A stretch of DNA of 64,000 bases from Acidobacteriota bacterium (GTDB lineage: Bacteria > Acidobacteriota > Aminicenantia > Aminicenantales > Saccharicenantaceae): NCBI GenBank assembly GCA_028749205.1, contig JAQULR010000006.1, positions 6,678 through 70,677 of the forward strand, read 5' to 3'. The notes below the pieces were generated by a model that was not told the origin of the DNA, searched no databases, and saw only the letters and a program-made list of their open reading frames with translations. Made by a program: the position numbers and the translations under genes. Each line of letters begins with the position of its first letter. Positions within the stretch are counted from its first letter, which is position 1. This document shows, one piece after another, positions 18,147-27,287 of the stretch.

Positions 18147-19043
18147 TTAAAGACCGCATTTTTTCAAGGTTTTTTCCCACTTAGTGTCAACTTCCTTCTG
18201 AATAATAGCAATTTCTTCCTCCTTTAGATGGCGGAAGCGTCCCTGAAGCTTCAAATATTCGCTGATGGGTTTTCTTTCTTTCACCTTGAAATTTAAGGTC
18301 CAGTTCTCTCCGTCTTCAATTTCAAAAAGTGGGAAATAACCAGTCTGGACTGCCAGCTTAGCCAGCTTTATTGAGTCTTCGGGCTGACTTTTCCAGCCAA
18401 CAGGACAGGGAGCATAAATATGGATGAATCTGGTGCCTTTAATTTCCCTGGCTTTTTTGAACTTCCGAACCAGGTCTTCAGGATAGGCGACACTGGCGGT
18501 GGCAATGTAAGGAATCTCATGAGCGGCCATTATGCCGATGATGTCTTTTTTTCTTTCTTTTTTGTAATGCTTAACCGGAGTAGTAGTAGTCCAGGCTCCC
18601 AGAGGTGTGGCTGAACTTCTCTGAATTCCAGTGTTCATATAGGCTTCATTGTCGTAACAGGCATAAATGATGTCCTCGTTCCTTTCAGCTGCAGCTGATA
18701 AAGCCTGAATTCCGATGTCAAAAGTTCCTCCATCTCCAGCCCAGGCCAGAACTGTAGTCTCGGTTTCTCCAACCATCTCTAACCCAGCCTTAACTCCAGA
18801 AGCGGAAGAGGCCGCGGTCTCAAAGGCGCAATGATAGATGGGGATATCGAGAGAAGAATAAGGGAAGGGACCATCTATGACCGCCCAACAGCAGGCAGGA
18901 ATACAGACAGCTGTTTTCTGTCCCAAGGCTTTAAGAGCCAGGCGCATAGCCAAGGAAGCACCGCAGCCCTGACAAGCCAGATGTCCCGGACTCATTAACT
19001 CTTCCCTGGGTATAGTTATGACCATTTTCTTTTCTTTAGTCAT
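18147..19043 (-). CDS. porB: 2-oxoacid:ferredoxin oxidoreductase beta subunit (TPP-binding)
   Basis: CQGCG Fe-S/TPP N-terminal motif and GDGG...NNE-like TPP-binding region (AWAGDGGTFDIG ... YDNEAYMNTG). 4-nt overlap with the alpha subunit gene. Pyruvate versus branched-chain 2-oxoacid specificity cannot be decided from sequence. Confidence 0.88.
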   Translation of the reverse strand: MTKEKKMVITIPREELMSPGHLACQGCGASLAMRLALKALGQKTAVCIPACCWAVIDGPFPYSSLDIPIYHCAFETAASSASGVKAGLEMVGETETTVLAWAGDGGTFDIGIQALSAAAERNEDIIYACYDNEAYMNTGIQRSSATPLGAWTTTTPVKHYKKERKKDIIGIMAAHEIPYIATASVAYPEDLVRKFKKAREIKGTRFIHIYAPCPVGWKSQPEDSIKLAKLAVQTGYFPLFEIEDGENWTLNFKVKERKPISEYLKLQGRFRHLKEEEIAIIQKEVDTKWEKTLKKCGL

Positions 19044-20194
19044 TTTTTAACTCCTATCCAGACAATTTCTTCCTCAGCCTTGTCTTTAGAAAGAGCGTAC
19101 TCAACTATTTCCTTAAAGTGGTCTTTGGTAATATCTCGGCCGCCAAGACCGGCAATAAAACCGAAGACAGTTGGTTTCGCAGTCTGCCCGTAGAGGGCTG
19201 ACTTAACTTCTTGGTAGAAAATCCCATGGTGACCATATGATATGTTTCTGTCTAAAACTGCCACCTTGGGAGCGCTGGAAACAATTTGCCGGACTTTTTC
19301 AAAGGGGAATGGCCTGAAAAGCCTTATCCTCAAGTTGCCGGCTTTAATTCCCTTTTCTCTCAATTCATCTACAGCCACCCGGGCAGTGTAGCCCGCGGTT
19401 CCTGAAGTAACCAGAATGAGTTCAGCGTCATCGCAGCGGTAATCATCGACCTGGCTGAGGCGGCGGCCAAATATTTTTTCGTATTCTCTGCCAGTTTCGT
19501 CCACCAGGGCAGGAACTTTTTCCATATCTTTTTGAAGCTTGTAGCGAAGTTCCATGTAATGGTCAGGAGAAGTTAAGCCGCCGAAGGCATGGGGCTCCTC
19601 TGTGGTCAGCCGGAAGGGAGGTTTGAAAGGGGGAAGATACCCATCTACTTTCTCTTGCTCTGGAATTTCTACAACTTCATAGGTGTGGGAAAGAGAAAAA
19701 GCATCCAGGATTATCATACTGGGAATCATCAATTTCTCTGAAACTTTGAAGGCTTGAATAACACTATCCAGAACTTCCTGATTAGAAGAACAATAGAACT
19801 GTATCCAGCCAGTATCTCTCTCCGATAAGCTGTCATTCTGGTCGCTCCAGATGCTCCAGCCCGGAGCCATGGCTCGATTGATGTTGCCCAGAACTACCGG
19901 CATTCTCCCGCCGGAAGCCCAGTGCAGCATTTCATGCATCAATGCCAGCCCCTGAGCCGAGGTTGCTGTAAAAGCCCTGGCACCGGCTAAGGAAGCGCCC
20001 AGACAGGCTGCCATAGCTGAGTGTTCGGATTCTACCTTAATGAACTTGGCTTCAAGAGTTCCATCAGCACACATTTCAGATAGCAACTCGACTACCTGAG
20101 TCTGAGGAGTAATAGGATAGGCAGCAATAACCTGAGATCTTGATAACATGGCCCCGTAAGATAGGGCATGATTTCCCATGATTACTTTTTTCAT
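19040..20194 (-). CDS. porA: 2-oxoacid:ferredoxin oxidoreductase alpha subunit
   Basis: 384 aa. The N-terminus GNHALSYGAMLSRSQVIAAYPITPQT is typical of POR/VOR alpha. It sits in a gamma-delta-alpha-beta operon. Confidence 0.88.
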   Translation of the reverse strand: MKKVIMGNHALSYGAMLSRSQVIAAYPITPQTQVVELLSEMCADGTLEAKFIKVESEHSAMAACLGASLAGARAFTATSAQGLALMHEMLHWASGGRMPVVLGNINRAMAPGWSIWSDQNDSLSERDTGWIQFYCSSNQEVLDSVIQAFKVSEKLMIPSMIILDAFSLSHTYEVVEIPEQEKVDGYLPPFKPPFRLTTEEPHAFGGLTSPDHYMELRYKLQKDMEKVPALVDETGREYEKIFGRRLSQVDDYRCDDAELILVTSGTAGYTARVAVDELREKGIKAGNLRIRLFRPFPFEKVRQIVSSAPKVAVLDRNISYGHHGIFYQEVKSALYGQTAKPTVFGFIAGLGGRDITKDHFKEIVEYALSKDKAEEEIVWIGVKK

Positions 20195-20490
20195 CTTTCT
20201 TCCTCCACCATCTCAATACACTTTTCTGGGCATTCCTCGGCGCAGATGCCGCAGCCCTTACAGTAGTCGTAGTTAATCGCTGGCCAGTCATCAATAATAT
20301 CTATGGAAGCGTCCGGGCAGAACTTCCAGCAAATACCGCATTTGATACACTTGCTGAGCTCAATGACTGGCTTGATGTTCCTCCAGGCGCCAGTCTTATT
20401 ATGAAGCATGTTCCCGATGGACATGGGCGCCAGAGGCATTTCTTTTTCTGAATTAAAAATAACTTTTTTAACCTCTTTATTCTTAGGCAT
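20191..20490 (-). CDS. porD: 2-oxoacid:ferredoxin oxidoreductase delta subunit (2x[4Fe-4S])
   Basis: 99 aa with CIKCGICWKFCP and CKGCGICAEECP motifs. Confidence 0.88.
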   Translation of the reverse strand: MPKNKEVKKVIFNSEKEMPLAPMSIGNMLHNKTGAWRNIKPVIELSKCIKCGICWKFCPDASIDIIDDWPAINYDYCKGCGICAEECPEKCIEMVEEER

Positions 20491-20501
20491 CAGCTCCTCC
20501 T

Positions 20502-21044
20502 TTAAGCTTTCTCATAGGCCTCTATGGCTGCTTTAACATTATCTTCTGCCTTGTTAGGAACTCCTTCTCTGATGGCTTCCGCTAAGGATTCCAGTTTGGT
20601 CAGTTTCAGTATTTTGACTACAGCTCCGGTTATGGCCGTGTTAACTATAGGTGCAGCTAAGGTCCCGAGTTGGTGTTTAACGGCAATTTCAGTGGCATCT
20701 ACGGTGAAAACTTTGTAGTTAGATGGTAATTTGAAGTCTTCGGGCTTCTTGTCGCTGTTGATAATTATGTAACCGCCATCTTTAAGGCCTTCGGTTACGT
20801 CGATAGCTTCAACCAGAGTTGGGTCTACCACTACCACATGGTCCGGATGATAGATTTTGCTTTTATCGTAGATAGGCTTATTATCAACGCGGATAAAAGC
20901 AAAAACCGGAGCCCCGCGGCGCTCCACCCCAAACTCTGGATAAGCCTGGACATAGTTACCTTCTTTGGCCAGAGCATCAGCCAGTATCTTGGAAGCTACT
21001 ACTGTCCCCTGGCCGCCGCGTCCATGGAAACGAATCTCAATCAT
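20502..21044 (-). CDS. porG: 2-oxoacid:ferredoxin oxidoreductase gamma subunit
   Basis: 180 aa. The N-terminus IRFHGRGGQGTVVASKILA is typical of the gamma subunit, and it is the first gene of the operon. Confidence 0.88.
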   Translation of the reverse strand: MIEIRFHGRGGQGTVVASKILADALAKEGNYVQAYPEFGVERRGAPVFAFIRVDNKPIYDKSKIYHPDHVVVVDPTLVEAIDVTEGLKDGGYIIINSDKKPEDFKLPSNYKVFTVDATEIAVKHQLGTLAAPIVNTAITGAVVKILKLTKLESLAEAIREGVPNKAEDNVKAAIEAYEKA

Positions 21045-21077
21045 CTACCTCTCCTTTATTTAGAGATGTATTCAAAG

Positions 21078-21106
21078 ATTATACCTGTCGTCTCTTTTTG
21101 CCTGAA
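21078..21106 (-). promoter_or_regulatory. proximal sigma70-like promoter for the oxidoreductase operon
   Basis: On the minus strand: TTCAGG, a 17-nt spacer, then a perfect TATAAT, about 34 nt upstream of the porG ATG, which has an AAAGGAGAGG RBS. Confidence 0.35.
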
Positions 21107-21251
21107 AGCAGATGGGATTTGATTGCAGGCTTGAAGAGACTTTAATTTTTCCGGGCGATAGAAAGGAATAAAAGCTTTTGACTATTTCCGTGGTTATTTT
21201 TGAATCCATTATGTATTTTAGTAATTGGTAGTTATAAAAACATTAGAATCC

Positions 21252-21280
21252 AGTTTATTCTGAACTTTATTTTATGTCAA
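21252..21280 (-). promoter_or_regulatory. distal sigma70-like promoter facing the oxidoreductase operon
   Basis: On the minus strand: a perfect TTGACA, a 17-nt spacer, then TAAACT. It lies back-to-back (18 nt between the -35 boxes) with the plus-strand promoter at 21299. Confidence 0.3.
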
Positions 21281-21298
21281 GGATAACCTGCCTGGTCA

Positions 21299-21327
21299 TT
21301 GACAGTAGCCAGGTTTCTCTGTAGCAT
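21299..21327 (+). promoter_or_regulatory. orphan sigma70-like promoter (plus strand)
   Basis: TTGACA (21299-21304), a 17-nt spacer, then TAGCAT (21322-21327). No plus-strand ORF follows, only the structured region ending in a T-run. Confidence 0.4.
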
Positions 21328-21333
21328 TTATTC

Positions 21334-21476
21334 AGGTGAGCAGCTGAGCTTGAGGATTAAGTATCGGTCCCAGGTCCTCGCTTCGAGTTCCGAAGCGTCA
21401 AATCTTGCTTAAAGCAGTAATGCGGATCATCCGCAGCGCTCTGACCTAACAAAGCCAGCTGTTCACCATTTTTTTC
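21334..21476 (+). ncRNA. candidate small RNA (about 140 nt) with its own promoter and intrinsic terminator
   Basis: A 12-bp closing stem GGTGAGCAGCTG (21335-46) / CAGCTGTTCACC (21456-67, one G-U) is followed by ATTTTTTTC. Internal perfect hairpins are CGCTTCG-AGTTC-CGAAGCG and TGCGGA-TCA-TCCGCA. The T-run is present only in the plus orientation. Confidence 0.35.
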
Positions 21477-21666
21477 TTGTATCCTTCTTGCTGGAATTAA
21501 AATTCCTCTTGCCTCTCCAAAAATAAGAATAATCATCTTTAAGATAAACGAGGGAAGGAATGCCATCTTAAAGAAAAAAACAAATGGCCTCTTTTTCGCT
21601 CTTTGAGAGAATAAGAAGTCTTTTTCTAAATTGCTTAGATGAAAATACAGGAAAAAAATATGGACT

Positions 21667-22302
21667 CTAATCTTCCAAGGCTTTTTTGATCCGTTTCCTA
21701 GGACTCTCGAAGACAACCGTTTTCGGATCAAAATCATCTGGTTTCCAGTCTCCGAGCCAGGTGAGGAGTCCCTCTGAATCATCTTTACTCATAAGGGCTT
21801 CAATACACTCGTAATATCCACTGATACCCCCGCAATCCTCTGGAGGTCCAGAGAGATCTCCATCCAGACAGATTGGGTATTCCTTATTTTTTTCCCTCGG
21901 ATAGATATCTTCCAAAAAAATTTCAAGCTGCCAACCATCACCATAATCATAATTATACAAGGCAAAATTGCCTGTTTTTTTGAAATACTTCTTGAGCGGA
22001 ACTTCTGTTGTCCTCAGCCAATCATCTTCCTCAAGATCCGGTTCAGTCCAGGGACATTCTAGGCGAATAAATCTGCCCTTCTCCTCTTCATCCCTGATCT
22101 CGAAATCGTGTAAATGATAATCCAACCATCCCATGGCATCTTGGATAGCAACATGGAGGTCATAAAAAGTATAATTTTCCGGCACCACAATCCTTCGCCA
22201 AACAGGAGGATCGGTGCCGATAAGAGTTATCCGGAACTGAAAAACATTCTTAAAAGGCCTTTTCCTGGGTAGAGTTATATAAATTTTGTCGGAGTCTTTC
22301 AT
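21667..22302 (-). CDS. plasmid pRiA4b ORF-3-like family protein
   Basis: 211 aa. The sequence FQFRITLIGTDPPVWRRIVVPENYTFYDLHVAIQDAMGWLDYHLHDFEI is the hallmark N-terminal block of the pRiA4b ORF-3 / IS1096 TnpR-passenger family. Confidence 0.8.
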   Translation of the reverse strand: MKDSDKIYITLPRKRPFKNVFQFRITLIGTDPPVWRRIVVPENYTFYDLHVAIQDAMGWLDYHLHDFEIRDEEEKGRFIRLECPWTEPDLEEDDWLRTTEVPLKKYFKKTGNFALYNYDYGDGWQLEIFLEDIYPREKNKEYPICLDGDLSGPPEDCGGISGYYECIEALMSKDDSEGLLTWLGDWKPDDFDPKTVVFESPRKRIKKALED

Positions 22303-22424
22303 TGATCCTCCCCGTCTCTTATCTATTTATCATAACCTCTTTTGTTGTTCAAGTCAGTGTATCGGGCTCTTCAGCCAAAAACATGGTATAAATTAGGAGA
22401 GAAATAATCCAGGTTAATAATAGA

Positions 22425-23303
22425 TCAAAAGATAAGAGGCTGTCTTTTTTCCCGCATACTTCGATACAGATTCTTGAGCATCAGAGCATCTGAGGTAAGA
22501 GAGGGACTTTCGCAGATGATTGTCCCTTTAACTCCAATATCATCGAGAGCTTGAAGCCATTCATCATAGCGAAACTCAGACTCTTCTAAATTCAGATGAT
22601 TGAGTTCGCCTGTCTGGTTGTACTTTACCCCTGAAATATGAATGTGGGCGTTTTTAAGAGCGGCTTTTCCCAGTTTCTTAGCCACCTTTTCTAAGACCTG
22701 ATAAAAATCCCGGTAAGAATTTATGCGGCCATCACGAGCAAAAATATGGGCGAAATCAAGACAGGGATAAAGCCCTTCCAGCTCCCGACACAAAGACAGA
22801 ACTTCCTCCAGGCTCCCAAACTGCTTCTTCTTTCCCATAACCTCTATTCTCAATTTAGTGGAGACTCTCTCTGACCGCCCAATTGACAGTATTTCCTTAA
22901 GAGATTTTTTTACCTGGAGATAGGTTTCCTCTGGAGCTTTTAGACCGTAATACCCTCCATGAAAAACCAGGTCAGAAGCTCCAGCAGCTGCGGCTATTCT
23001 TAAAGATTTCAGCAACATTTCTTGGCTCTGCATCTTCTTGCCCTGATCTTCAGCTCCCAGGTTAATGAAGTAAGGGGCATGAGCACTGATCTTGATATTA
23101 TGCTGCTGAGCCGTTAATTTAACCAGGTTGGCCGTCTCCCCAGCCATTTTTAATCCATGGACAAACTCCAGTTCAAGGGCCTCGAGGCCGGTCTGGCTGA
23201 GATAACTAATAGCCTTTAGTGAAGAATCTTCAGGGCAGCCTTCGGGAATACCAGCCACTCCGAAAAGCAACCGGTCAGGAGCAGCGCTCATCAGCTTCTC
23301 CAC
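22425..23303 (-). CDS. TIM-barrel AP endonuclease 2 family protein (endonuclease IV-like)
   Basis: Ordered metal-ligand pattern as in Nfo-type enzymes: HAPYFINL, FHGGYYG, IEVMG, DFAHIF, HIHISG, ICESP. The start overlaps the thiC 3' end by 29 nt. Confidence 0.7.
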   Translation of the reverse strand: MEKLMSAAPDRLLFGVAGIPEGCPEDSSLKAISYLSQTGLEALELEFVHGLKMAGETANLVKLTAQQHNIKISAHAPYFINLGAEDQGKKMQSQEMLLKSLRIAAAAGASDLVFHGGYYGLKAPEETYLQVKKSLKEILSIGRSERVSTKLRIEVMGKKKQFGSLEEVLSLCRELEGLYPCLDFAHIFARDGRINSYRDFYQVLEKVAKKLGKAALKNAHIHISGVKYNQTGELNHLNLEESEFRYDEWLQALDDIGVKGTIICESPSLTSDALMLKNLYRSMREKRQPLIF

Positions 23304-24579
23304 TATTTAGGAACTCACTGACTATTTTCAGAGCGCAAAAATCACCGCACATCGAGCAGGCTTTTGACCTGGATTTCCGGCCTTGGCGGATTTCAGCAAA
23401 TTTTTCCGGATCTATGGCTAATTTTTTTTGTTGGTTCCAGTCCAATTTCTTTCGGGCTTTAGAAATTTCGGCATCTCTTTCCATTGCTTCTGGGAAGCCC
23501 TTAACGATATCGGCGGCATGAGCCGCTATTTTTGAGGCAATCAAACCTTCCTTAACATCTGGAATCGTGGGTAGTCCCAGATGCTCAGCAGGTGTCACAT
23601 AGCAGAGGAAGTCAGCCCCAGCAGCAGCAGCCATGGCTCCGCCAATGGCTGAGACGATATGGTCATAACCTGGAGCGATATCAGTTACTAACGGGCCGAG
23701 AACGTAGAAAGGAGCCCCTTGACAAACTCTTTTTTGAAGTTTGATGTTCATGGCTACCTGGTCGAGAGGAACATGACCGGGGCCTTCAACCATAGCCTGA
23801 ACTCCGGCTTCTCGAGCTCTTTGTACCAGCTCTCCTAAAGTCAGCAGCTCTTCTATTTGAGGACGGTCTGTAGCGTCTATGATAGATCCCGGTCTCAGGC
23901 CATCTCCCAAACTCAGGGTAAAATCATATTTTTTAGCAAGGCTTAGGAGCCGGTCGTAATTAGAATATAGCGGATTTTCTTTGTCGTTATGAAGCATCCA
24001 GGCTAAATGAAAAGCCCCACCTCGGGAAACAATATCGGCAATTCTGCCCTGTTTCTTCAACCTATCGACACCTTTTAGAGTTAAGCCGCAGTGAACAGTC
24101 ATGAAATCAACGCCTTCCTGGGCTTGGGTTTCTATAACTGAAAATAAGTCATCTTCGGTCATTTTGACGATAGAACCTCGACGGGAAATAGCCTCAATAG
24201 CTGCCTGATAAACAGGGACAGTACCAAGAGGGACAGAGGAAACAGATATTAATTTTTTCCTTATAATCCTGATATCACCACCAGTACTCAGGTCCATAAC
24301 GGTATCTGTTCCATATTTCTGGCTTATTTTCAATTTGGCAATTTCGCTCTTGAGGTCAGGGTAGTCACCTGAGGTGCCAAGGTTTACGTTTACCTTGGTT
24401 CTCATCCTTTGGCCAATGGCTGAGGGCTGGACCGGAGAATGGTTCTTGTTGTAGGGAACAACTACTAAACCCTGGACTACCAGAGAGAGCAGGTCATCCA
24501 GATGAATTTTTTCTCTGGCCGCGATTTTTTTAAGCAGAGAAGGCGAAAAACCTTTTCTGGCTTTGTCGATCAGGGTCAT
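23275..24579 (-). CDS. thiC: phosphomethylpyrimidine synthase ThiC (short anaerobe-type)
   Basis: 434 aa with the conserved ThiC core (NLGTSGDY, MTVHCG, VEGPGHVP, GPLVTDIAPGYDHI) and the C-terminal radical-SAM cluster motif CSMCGDFCALK. Confidence 0.95.
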   Translation of the reverse strand: MTLIDKARKGFSPSLLKKIAAREKIHLDDLLSLVVQGLVVVPYNKNHSPVQPSAIGQRMRTKVNVNLGTSGDYPDLKSEIAKLKISQKYGTDTVMDLSTGGDIRIIRKKLISVSSVPLGTVPVYQAAIEAISRRGSIVKMTEDDLFSVIETQAQEGVDFMTVHCGLTLKGVDRLKKQGRIADIVSRGGAFHLAWMLHNDKENPLYSNYDRLLSLAKKYDFTLSLGDGLRPGSIIDATDRPQIEELLTLGELVQRAREAGVQAMVEGPGHVPLDQVAMNIKLQKRVCQGAPFYVLGPLVTDIAPGYDHIVSAIGGAMAAAAGADFLCYVTPAEHLGLPTIPDVKEGLIASKIAAHAADIVKGFPEAMERDAEISKARKKLDWNQQKKLAIDPEKFAEIRQGRKSRSKACSMCGDFCALKIVSEFLNSGEADERCS

Positions 24580-24753
24580 AAACTGGGCTTTCTTTAAGAG
24601 TAATCTAAAAAATCAGTATAGATTACTCGGCTGATGCTGTCAAGAAAACAGCTGCTCCCAGGCAGTTTGAAATGCCGTCATGCTGACCTCAGGTAAAATC
24701 TGAAATGACTCCTAAATTTACAAAAGATTAAAATACTGATAGCATTCTAATAA

Positions 24754-25353
24754 ATGAAAAGTTTGATTATAAAAATTGGCAGAGCCCGGGTATTTATAGC
24801 TATTTTCTGCCTGTTTTTAGCCTCAGAGGGTCCCTTGAGCCAGGCTGGACAGGATAATACTGACAACCTGGATGAGGTTTTAAGGATAATTAATTTTCTG
24901 GAGGAGGCGGCAGCTTACCACGAGACTCACGGGCGATTCCAGGGGAAAAAGGAAGAATTCAGTGAAACCCAGGTAGCAGCTTTTTTCGACTATCTTTTCT
25001 CAGAGGGGTCGTCTGTCTTTAAGTCGTTAGGATTGAAATTTTTTCCAAACAATAAAATTGAGGGTCAGGTAGTTCTTAATCTTAAAGACCAAAAGCTGCC
25101 CTTTTATATTAAAGATGAAATTAATTTGTATTTTGCAGCCAGGATAGAAATTAATGGCAGAAAAGTTCGGCTTAATTTTGAGAGTCTTTACCTGGAACTC
25201 CAGAAGATTCAACCCGCGGCTATAAATGCCATGATTGATCTGGTGGCTGGATCGCAGGGAGTAGAGCCCCAACATCTCGATCAATGGTATGATTTGCCCA
25301 AGGGTATAAAAAAAATAGAAACTTCAAGCGGAAGACTAATAGTTCATTATTGA
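24754..25353 (+). CDS. hypothetical secreted protein
   Basis: 199-aa ORF with a signal-like N-terminus (ARVFIAIFCLFLASEGPLSQA). No recognised family. It ends 7 nt before rsmD. Confidence 0.6.
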   Translation: MKSLIIKIGRARVFIAIFCLFLASEGPLSQAGQDNTDNLDEVLRIINFLEEAAAYHETHGRFQGKKEEFSETQVAAFFDYLFSEGSSVFKSLGLKFFPNNKIEGQVVLNLKDQKLPFYIKDEINLYFAARIEINGRKVRLNFESLYLELQKIQPAAINAMIDLVAGSQGVEPQHLDQWYDLPKGIKKIETSSGRLIVHY

Positions 25354-25360
25354 GGATAAG

Positions 25361-25963
25361 ATGCTCAGGATAATTGCTGGCCGGTATAAGGGGAGAAGGC
25401 TAAAAATGGTGCCTGATTCCCGAGTTAGGCCACTTCCTGCCAAGCTCAGAGAGTCTCTGTTCAATATCCTGCAGTCAAGGATAAGAGAGGCCTTGGTCCT
25501 CGATGGTTTTGCCGGAACAGGATCAATCGGTATTGAAGCCCTCAGCCGGGGAGCTAGTCGGGCAGTCTTTGTTGAGGAGTTAACCCAGGCTACCAAAATC
25601 ATTCAAGCTAACCTTAATAAATGTGAAGCCGAAGAATATGGTCTGATTATTAACAGAGAATTTAACCGGGCGGTGATTGACCTATCCAAAAAAGGCCTTA
25701 AATTTGACCTGATTTTCCTGGACCCTCCCTACAGGCTTTTGGCCGAAAGAAATCCGCTAAAAGTGATAAGGAAAAGGGGGATTCTTAAGCCGGAAGGCCT
25801 GTTAATTATCCGGCACCATCGAAGGTATTCTCCCTCAAGAGAGGATTTTAAGCTCTGGCGACAGGTTGATTTTGGTGATGATATAATTTCTATCTATACG
25901 GGAGAAGTAATCGCTACCCCAAAAAAAGATTTGAAAAACCAGATCCAGCTTGAGAAATACTGA
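25361..25963 (+). CDS. rsmD: 16S rRNA (guanine966-N2)-methyltransferase RsmD
   Basis: N-terminus MLRIIAGRYKGRRL, SAM motif LDGFAGTGSIGIEALSRGA, and FLDPPY catalytic motif. Confidence 0.85.
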   Translation: MLRIIAGRYKGRRLKMVPDSRVRPLPAKLRESLFNILQSRIREALVLDGFAGTGSIGIEALSRGASRAVFVEELTQATKIIQANLNKCEAEEYGLIINREFNRAVIDLSKKGLKFDLIFLDPPYRLLAERNPLKVIRKRGILKPEGLLIIRHHRRYSPSREDFKLWRQVDFGDDIISIYTGEVIATPKKDLKNQIQLEKY

Positions 25964-26161
25964 GTATAGTAAAAAGCTGGCTCTTTTTATAACCTAAGGA
26001 ATAAACGGGACTTAGAGGTTTTCACTGACGGGTCCATGGATTTATTCTGACAGGATAGATTTAAGAGATTAGGCTGGATTATTTAGCACTATTCAAGGAT
26101 AATAAAAACTTAAGAAAATCGAGGATAGAAAAGAAAATATAAGTAAGAAGGACAATAAGAG

Positions 26162-27025
26162 ATGTCCGGAGATAACCGTAAAGTAGAGCCTTTCTGGAAA
26201 AAAGAATCGGTGCTAAAAGAGGAAGAAATGTTTTCCGGTCTTAGCCCAGCCCGGGGTTCTATTCTTTTTCTTGGCCGATATACCTTGAAAGAAGTAATGG
26301 CAGCCCTGGCTAAAAAAAATTTTTTCCGGGAAGCCAAAAAAAAAGATCTCTGGCCCATCAAATATCAGCTGGATTCCTCTGAATACCCGGTTCAGAGGTT
26401 TCTTATTTACTGGAAGAAAGAAGATCCTGATAGGGTTATTGTTGACCTTAAAATGAGAGAAGCTGAAGTCAAATTTGCTGCCCCTGAAAAACATGGCTAT
26501 AAGCTTTGGCCACAGCGATGTCTACTTTTTGAATGGTTAACCTTGCAGAACCCAAGACAGAGCTTTGATGAACATCATCGTCCTCTTCCTGGCCAGTCCA
26601 AACCAGGTTTGAACCTGTCAAAAAAAATCCTGGAAACCTTTAGTTACTTAGCCCGGTTAATTGAGATAGATGCTTTGGTAGCTTTCCCAGCCTATTTTCA
26701 TAATGCGCTTCTTTTTTCCAGATATTTTCAGTTTATAGAGCCTATAAAACAGGGTCAGATTAAGGCCATCCGTAAACAATTCAATCACCTTCCTTTTAGA
26801 CAGTTAGCCTGGGCTGTTTATTTAGGCTGTCTCAAGGATGAAGAAGGCCAGGTTTATGAGTGGCAGGCCGAGGAACAGGTTTATCCCTTTAATGATCAGC
26901 TCAAAGAGTATCTGGAGTCAAAAATCTATAAAGAAATTGCCCGCCATGTAGAAAAAACCATCAGGTTCGAGTTGGACCGGGAACTATTGGAAAAAAAATC
27001 CCATGACCAAGGCATCCTTTACTGA
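26162..27025 (+). CDS. hypothetical protein
   Basis: 287-aa ORF with a complex composition and no competing frame. No family recognised. Confidence 0.6.
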   Translation: MSGDNRKVEPFWKKESVLKEEEMFSGLSPARGSILFLGRYTLKEVMAALAKKNFFREAKKKDLWPIKYQLDSSEYPVQRFLIYWKKEDPDRVIVDLKMREAEVKFAAPEKHGYKLWPQRCLLFEWLTLQNPRQSFDEHHRPLPGQSKPGLNLSKKILETFSYLARLIEIDALVAFPAYFHNALLFSRYFQFIEPIKQGQIKAIRKQFNHLPFRQLAWAVYLGCLKDEEGQVYEWQAEEQVYPFNDQLKEYLESKIYKEIARHVEKTIRFELDRELLEKKSHDQGILY

Positions 27026-27072
27026 CAGCCAGAAAACTGCTATAATTAGTCGCTTAAAGAGGAGAGAGGCTC

Positions 27073-27282
27073 ATGAAAAAAGGGATCCATCCAGAATATC
27101 AAGAATGCACAGTTATCTGCGCCTGTGGTAATACCTTTAAAACCCGGTCTACCAAGAAGGAAATCCGGGTGGAAATCTGCTCTCAATGTCACCCGTTTTT
27201 TACTGGAAAACAAAGGATAATCGATACGGCAGGTCGAGTCGAGAGATTTAGGAAAAAATATGGTATCAAGACTAAAAAATAA
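27073..27282 (+). CDS. rpmE: 50S ribosomal protein L31
   Basis: MKKGIHPEY...CACGN...[12 protein letters not shown], the zinc-binding type A L31. Confidence 0.95.
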   Translation: MKKGIHPEYQECTVICACGNTFKTRSTKKEIRVEICSQCHPFFTGKQRIIDTAGRVERFRKKYGIKTKK

Positions 27283-27287
27283 ACCAG

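Noticed and set aside
21357-21782. 141-aa minus-strand ORF in the 620-nt gap
   Set aside because: It overlaps the 3' end of the pRiA4b-like gene by 116 nt. Its composition looks like random sequence, and it runs antisense through the promoter/stem/T-run unit that explains the region better.
24580-24753. TPP riboswitch call upstream of thiC
   Set aside because: It was expected from biology, but the conserved CUGAGA and ACCUGAU..GG.UAAU.CC.GCG core could not be found by eye. It is reported as an open question rather than as a feature.
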